This document shows, piece by piece, positions 59,346 to 64,000 of a stretch of 64,000 nt of DNA. A model generated the notes under the pieces. The model was not told where the DNA came from. It ran no database searches and was given only the letters and a program-made list of their open reading frames with translations. Source of the DNA: Camelus ferus (lineage: Eukaryota); NCBI RefSeq assembly GCF_009834535.1, contig NC_045701.1:85250001-85314000 (forward strand). The letters run 5' to 3'. Each line of letters begins with the position of its first letter. Within the stretch, counting starts at the first letter, position 1. The position numbers and the translations under genes were made by a program.

Positions 59346-59589
59346 GTGTTTGCTGAGTGAAGACTCTATGCAGGGCGTATGAGCAAGACGACGATGATGA
59401 GATGGAGGAGGTGAAGGGCAGGCAGTAGAAGTAGTCAGAGGTTCCTGAGCAGTCAGCACGCACTGAGCCTTTCCCACACTTCCTCATGTCCAGGCTCCAA
59501 GCCCCCTGATTCAGCAGGCAGCCCTGGAAGGAGCAGGGCTCAGGCCCACAGTTCCTGTGCTCACACCCCGGCTCCTCTGCCCTCCAGCT

Positions 59590-59765
59590 GCACAAGCTGG
59601 GCTTGTCTGCTTCACCTCTCAGTGCATCAGTTTTCTGACCTGGAAAATGGGCTAGCAATTGTACCAGCCTCCTAGTTTTGGGAGGAGTAAGTGAGATGAT
59701 GCACAGAAAATGCTAGAACAGTGCCTGACACGTAGTGAATGCTCAATAGACTTAAGCTAGTATTG
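59590..59765 (+). mobile_element. MIR SINE
   Basis: agaacagtgcctgacacgtagtgaatgctcaatag. Confidence 0.8.
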
Positions 59766-59941
59766 TGTCCATTTGACAGATCACTTGCCCAAGGTCATCA
59801 GCAATAACTGTTACTTGGGGAATAAATAATAAACCTCACAGGTCATTACTGAGCACAGGTTGTGGACCAGGCAGTGTAATAGGTAGGCGTGTGAGATGCA
59901 AAGAGGAATACTTTCCAGGGGCATTCACTTGCTGCTCCAAC

Positions 59942-60349
59942 TACTGTGGACTGAATCGTGCCCCCCAAATGCATATGTTGAAGCCCTAACCCCCAGCATG
60001 ACTTCCAAAAATAGGGTTTCAGAAGGTAATTCAGGTTAAATGAGGTCATAAGAATGGGGCCCTAATCCAGTAAGATTGGTGGCCTTTTAAGAAAAAGAAG
60101 AGATCTCTCTTTCCCTCTACCCCTCACCTCTCTCCCCTCCCAGCTCCCCTACGTGGGCACACAAGGAATAAGTCATGTGGACACAGAGGAAGACAGTAGC
60201 CATCTGCAAACAAGGGTGAGGGCGCTCACCGGACACCAAACTTGCTGGCACCTTGAGCTTGGACTTCCAGCCCTAGAACCATGAGAAAACACATTTCTGT
60301 TGCCTCAGTCTGGCGTATGTTGTTACGGCAGCCCGAGCAGACCAAGACA
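59942..60349 (+). mobile_element. MLT1A-type solo LTR with intact 5-bp TSD
   Basis: tactgtggactgaatcgtgccccccaaatgcatatgttgaagcccta...gcagcccgagcagaccaagaca; CCAAC at 59937-59941 and 60350-60354. Confidence 0.93.
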
Positions 60350-60799
60350 CCAACACGATCAGGTTCTGCTGGCAAAGTAGATATTGGACGGGCAACAACA
60401 ATTTGTCCTGCTCAAACCATGCAGCATCCGGGAATGATTAAAAACACGAAGCCCATCTCTCAGAATGGGTGTCGTGCAAATACGCCTGAGACAAGATGTT
60501 GAACAAAAAGGCAGGCTGTAAACGATTTGAAAAATACCATCAATGGATGAAAAACAAACAAAATATACACATAAATAACAACAGTACTCTGTATTTCTAT
60601 GGAGTCTGGTTTAAGGGCGTAATATACAGAAAATTCCAGGAAAACGAGACTTATCAAACTAGTTTCCTTAATTAATTCCAAGGAGAAGACTGAAACGGAG
60701 AGTCAAGAAGGACTTTAGCTTTATCTGCAATTTTTAACTTTTTACACTGAAAGTAGCCGCGCGTTCTTTCTTGAGGATGAGAAAAGTAATAAAATGTAC

Positions 60800-61150
60800 A
60801 GAAAGAAAAAAAGAGAAGAAGGGCCGCCTGCTCAGAGGTGATCTATGCCTCTGTCACACACATAAAAGTCGCTGGCGTCATTTTCTGATGCCTCTTCATC
60901 CCACACCCCATTACATCTCTTAAATGAAAGACTTTCTGAACAGAGGAAGATGGCCAAGAGGATGAGAGGGTGGCGAAACGCATTAGAGAGTTTGCAGAGA
61001 GGAGAGCAGGGCTGCGGCAAACAAGAGGAGAGATAAGGAAGAGAGGAAATTTGATCAAAGGCTATAACGTAATAGGCATCAAATCTGACGCACGTGTTCC
61101 CGTTGAATTTGCACAGCAGCCCTGCTGAGCGTTAACCCCGTCCTGCGATC
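60800..61150. promoter_or_regulatory. Putative enhancer-like island (TCF/LEF, E-box)
   Basis: Palindrome TTTGATCAAA 61050-61059 with ATCAAAG, CACGTG, AGATAA, retained CpGs. Confidence 0.3.
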
Positions 61151-62429
61151 CAGCCCCCCAACCCTTGGGCACTGCCCTCTGGATGGACAGCTCTTTCTGA
61201 AGACCTGATCTCACTCCTCCCTTCAGGGTGCAGCCTGTTCTCCTTAGCTGGGTGCGTCTCCGTCGGAGTCACCCGCTCCCCCTGCTGTGAGGTTGGCACT
61301 GCCAGTGACGGCCCTCAGCCCCCGCCCACTGTTTCACATCCTGGGTTACTGAGCCTCTCCTGTGTCCTGAGAAGGCCAAACTCCCTCTCTCTGCTGACCC
61401 AAAATCAAAGCAAGGCTGACATCCTTGGGCAGGGCCAGCCTCAGTGACCCAAATGCTCCATCTCCCGGGGGGACTGTGACAGGGCCAGAGCCTCTTGGGG
61501 TATATGGCTCAGTTGGAAGCCCAGGGCACCAAAAAGATCATCTCTTCAAGGGTGCTTAAAACCAAAAGGTATCCTTTTAAAGGGAATTGGGAAAACCCAG
61601 ACCACATGATCAATAGCCTCCTTCATGCAAGAAGTGGCTGAGAACTTTTTTTAATGACAGAGGGGAATGATGAGGACAAAAAAGAGCAAAGGGGTGTTTT
61701 ATTGATGCTGCTATTGGTTTTATATTAATTAGTTTTTTAAGTTGAAAATAATGTTTGCACATGGCAGAAGAAAAGTAAGCTAACCAAGAGAATATTCACT
61801 AGAATCAAATCTCCTCTCACCCCAGAAGTAAATGCTATTTCCCATGTCTTGCGTCTCCTTAGACACACACACACGTGCCGACACATCGGCTCTTCCGTGC
61901 TTATGAAAGTGGACTATACATACCACTCAGCGTTTTGTTTTTCAATTGACAATAAATAAAGAAAATATGAATGAAGAGATTTCCCACCCCTAAGTCATCT
62001 CCAGACCCAGCCAGACCTCAGTCTAAGATGTATAATCTGGCATAGCTTGAATGCAGTGTGAAGGTGGTTTGTGAAGTGGTGTGTATCAGGCACCAGAGGC
62101 CCCAGGGAGGTGGGCAGAGGGACCCTTGGTGAACAGTCACAGTCACAAGGCCTGACTGACAGGTGCAAGTTCTGTTACGAAGACAGACATAAAATGCTAG
62201 AGGAAGGTGGGGACTGGTTCTGAATGGGAGCATCCAGAAGACGGGCCGTGACGTGTCATCATCTTAGACTGGAGAACACAGGCAGGAGGGAGGACACGTT
62301 TACATTCACAGGAGTGTGGAATCACCTTTCAAATATGGTGGCCTGCGCAGGCAGGGAAGGTGGCCTAAAATGTTTCAGATTTGAGAAAGTGTCACATGTC
62401 ACACTGCTATGTACTTTGGGGCAGCGTCT

Positions 62430-63560
62430 CCTAACTAAATACACCAATTCTTCTGTAGAAAATGTTTTTAGTAATTATTGGTTATTAAAGCTTTTTGAAT
62501 TTAGAAATATATAGAAAGGATTGTGCACTTTAATAAAGGACCTAATTCAAAAAGAAAAATATTAAATCCAAGAAAAAGGAATGTGATTCAAGAAGCAATG
62601 GCCAGAAATGAAATTAGTCAATATGCTAAATCTAAATCCATGTTGTTTGTATAAAATTTTAAAAATTAATGGCTTGGGGGAATTTTAAACATAAGAAGGA
62701 AATAAAATACTTGATGAAAGTTAGAGGAAAAGTGGGAAGTAGAAGATCAGAGTTAAACCGCCCTAAAATCATGGTATTAAACAGAAACAGGCTCACAGAC
62801 ATAGAAAACAAACTTACAGTTACCAAAGGGGAAGGTGGGGGGGAGCGACAGATTAGAAGTTTGGGGTTAGCAGACACAAACTACTATATATAAAATAGAT
62901 AAACTACTCGGTTCTACAGTATAGCACAGGGAACTATATCCAATATCTTGTAATAAACCATACTGGGAAAGAATATGAAAAAGAATATATATATATTGTG
63001 CCTAACTGAATCACTTTGCTGTACACCAGAAACTAACACAACATTGTAAATCAACTCTACTTTTATTTAAATAAATACATAAATAAATAAAATCATTGTG
63101 TTGTCCTGGAGGGTGACAGAAATATTTTTTTAATGTAGAAGTTAAGCACTCAAGTTGAAACATGCAAGTTCGAACACTAAAATTATAAAAGAATAAATCC
63201 AAACAGTAAAAGGGAGAAATAAACTAGTGAAGACCTGATTTAATGTTATGAAACAGGCAAACAGAAAGACAGTGGGAAACCACAGTGACTAGAAAACACA
63301 GAGCCACGTGGCCGAAGTCAGCCCAGAGACATGCAGCAGATATAAATGGATCAAACTCATCTATTAAAAGACTGAGATTTTTCAGAGTGAAGTTTTTATG
63401 CCCGAATTCTGGCCTGTTTTAAGAGATACATCTAAAACAGGATGCCACGGAAATCTGGCAAGTAAAGACAGGGAGAAAGTCGCACAACGCAAATAAATAA
63501 CAACAGAAAGAAATCTTCGGTCGAAATATTAACATCAGATAAAATAGCCTTGAAGACGTT
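62430..63560 (+). mobile_element. Old L1M inter-ORF region and ORF2 endonuclease start
   Basis: ataaatggatcaaactcatctattaaaagactgaga translates INGSNSSIKR (L1 APE domain NVNGLNSPIKR); aagagatacatctaaaac resembles QETHL; stops present. Confidence 0.75.
62779..63087 (+). mobile_element. Cetartiodactyl L1 3' end with TSD
   Basis: aaacagaaacaggctcacagacatagaaaacaaacttacagttaccaaagggg...(TAAA)n tail; TSD 13/15 at 62764-62778 and 63088-63102. Confidence 0.92.
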
Positions 63561-63704
63561 ATTTAACTGTGTCTCAGTTAACACAAAAAGCAAAACGCTC
63601 AATCAGCTGTCTGAAAAAAATATAAGCTTATAAAATAGACGAACGCCAATATATTAGTCCCAGACTTCACATTACAAGGGAAATTGTCTGCTAATGTATC
63701 TATA

Positions 63705-63826
63705 TTGGCCTCTAGACTCTAAGCTCCTGGGAGGAAACAAGCTGTGTCTTATTAGTAGTCACTCAATTCCCAGCACTTAGTCTGGGTCTGACTTAGAGGG
63801 TTCTTAATAAATGTTTATTGAATAAA
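63705..63826 (+). mobile_element. L2 LINE 3' end
   Basis: agactctaagctcctgggagg...taataaatgtttattgaataaa. Confidence 0.8.
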
Positions 63827-63827
63827 C

Positions 63828-64000
63828 CAGGGCTTCTCGAGGCTGGCTGCACATCGGAATCTTCTGGGAGTTTTTAAAAATACTGAGACCTGGGCCCCAC
63901 CCCAGACCAATTAAAAGGAAATCTCTAGGGGCGGGGCCTCAATATGGTATATTTTTTAAAAGCTCCCTGGGTGATTCTGATGTTTGGCCAGAGCTGAGGG
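63828..64000. mobile_element. MER5-family (hAT-Charlie) DNA transposon
   Basis: cagggcttctc...gctgcacatcggaatcttctgggag...ccccaccccagaccaattaaa...aaaagctccctgggtgattctgatg. Confidence 0.85.

Noticed and set aside
1-64000. CRISPR array, operon, prophage or other prokaryotic-type system
   Set aside because: The sequence is mammalian throughout; no regularly spaced repeat-spacer array, long ORFs or compositional island suggesting contamination or horizontal transfer

Overview
Mammalian non-coding genomic DNA, very probably a camelid (camel/llama/alpaca). The taxon call rests on a Vic-1-type tRNA-derived SINE at 56885-56987 and camelid-type L1 3' ends, recognised from memory of consensus sequences rather than by search. 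I find no supportable protein-coding gene, structural RNA gene or CRISPR array; the listed ORFs are short, repeat-derived, low-complexity or run through N gaps. Much of the window is interspersed repeats of many ages: MIR, L2, L3/CR1, L1M and HAL1, MLT1 LTRs, MER5/MER63/MER81/Tigger DNA transposons, and younger cetartiodactyl and camelid L1 tails. Several insertions have readable target-site duplications (TSDs) and are nested. There are six sized assembly gaps. Between the repeats lie about ten repeat-free islands dense in homeodomain, FOX, TALE, T-box, POU or TCF-type motifs, some CpG-rich. Together they look like a gene-desert or large-intron enhancer landscape, possibly of a developmental regulator whose identity I cannot determine. 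I did not find a new multi-gene system. The best leads are the putative enhancer cluster, a 5'-inverted (twin-primed) L1 with a ~240-nt internal loss, an L1 carrying ~100 bp of non-L1 sequence inside its TSD, a perfect 13-bp hairpin in unique DNA, and a candidate 102-nt exon. Repeat boundaries are approximate (tens of bp) unless a TSD is quoted, and subfamily names need RepeatMasker/Dfam confirmation.
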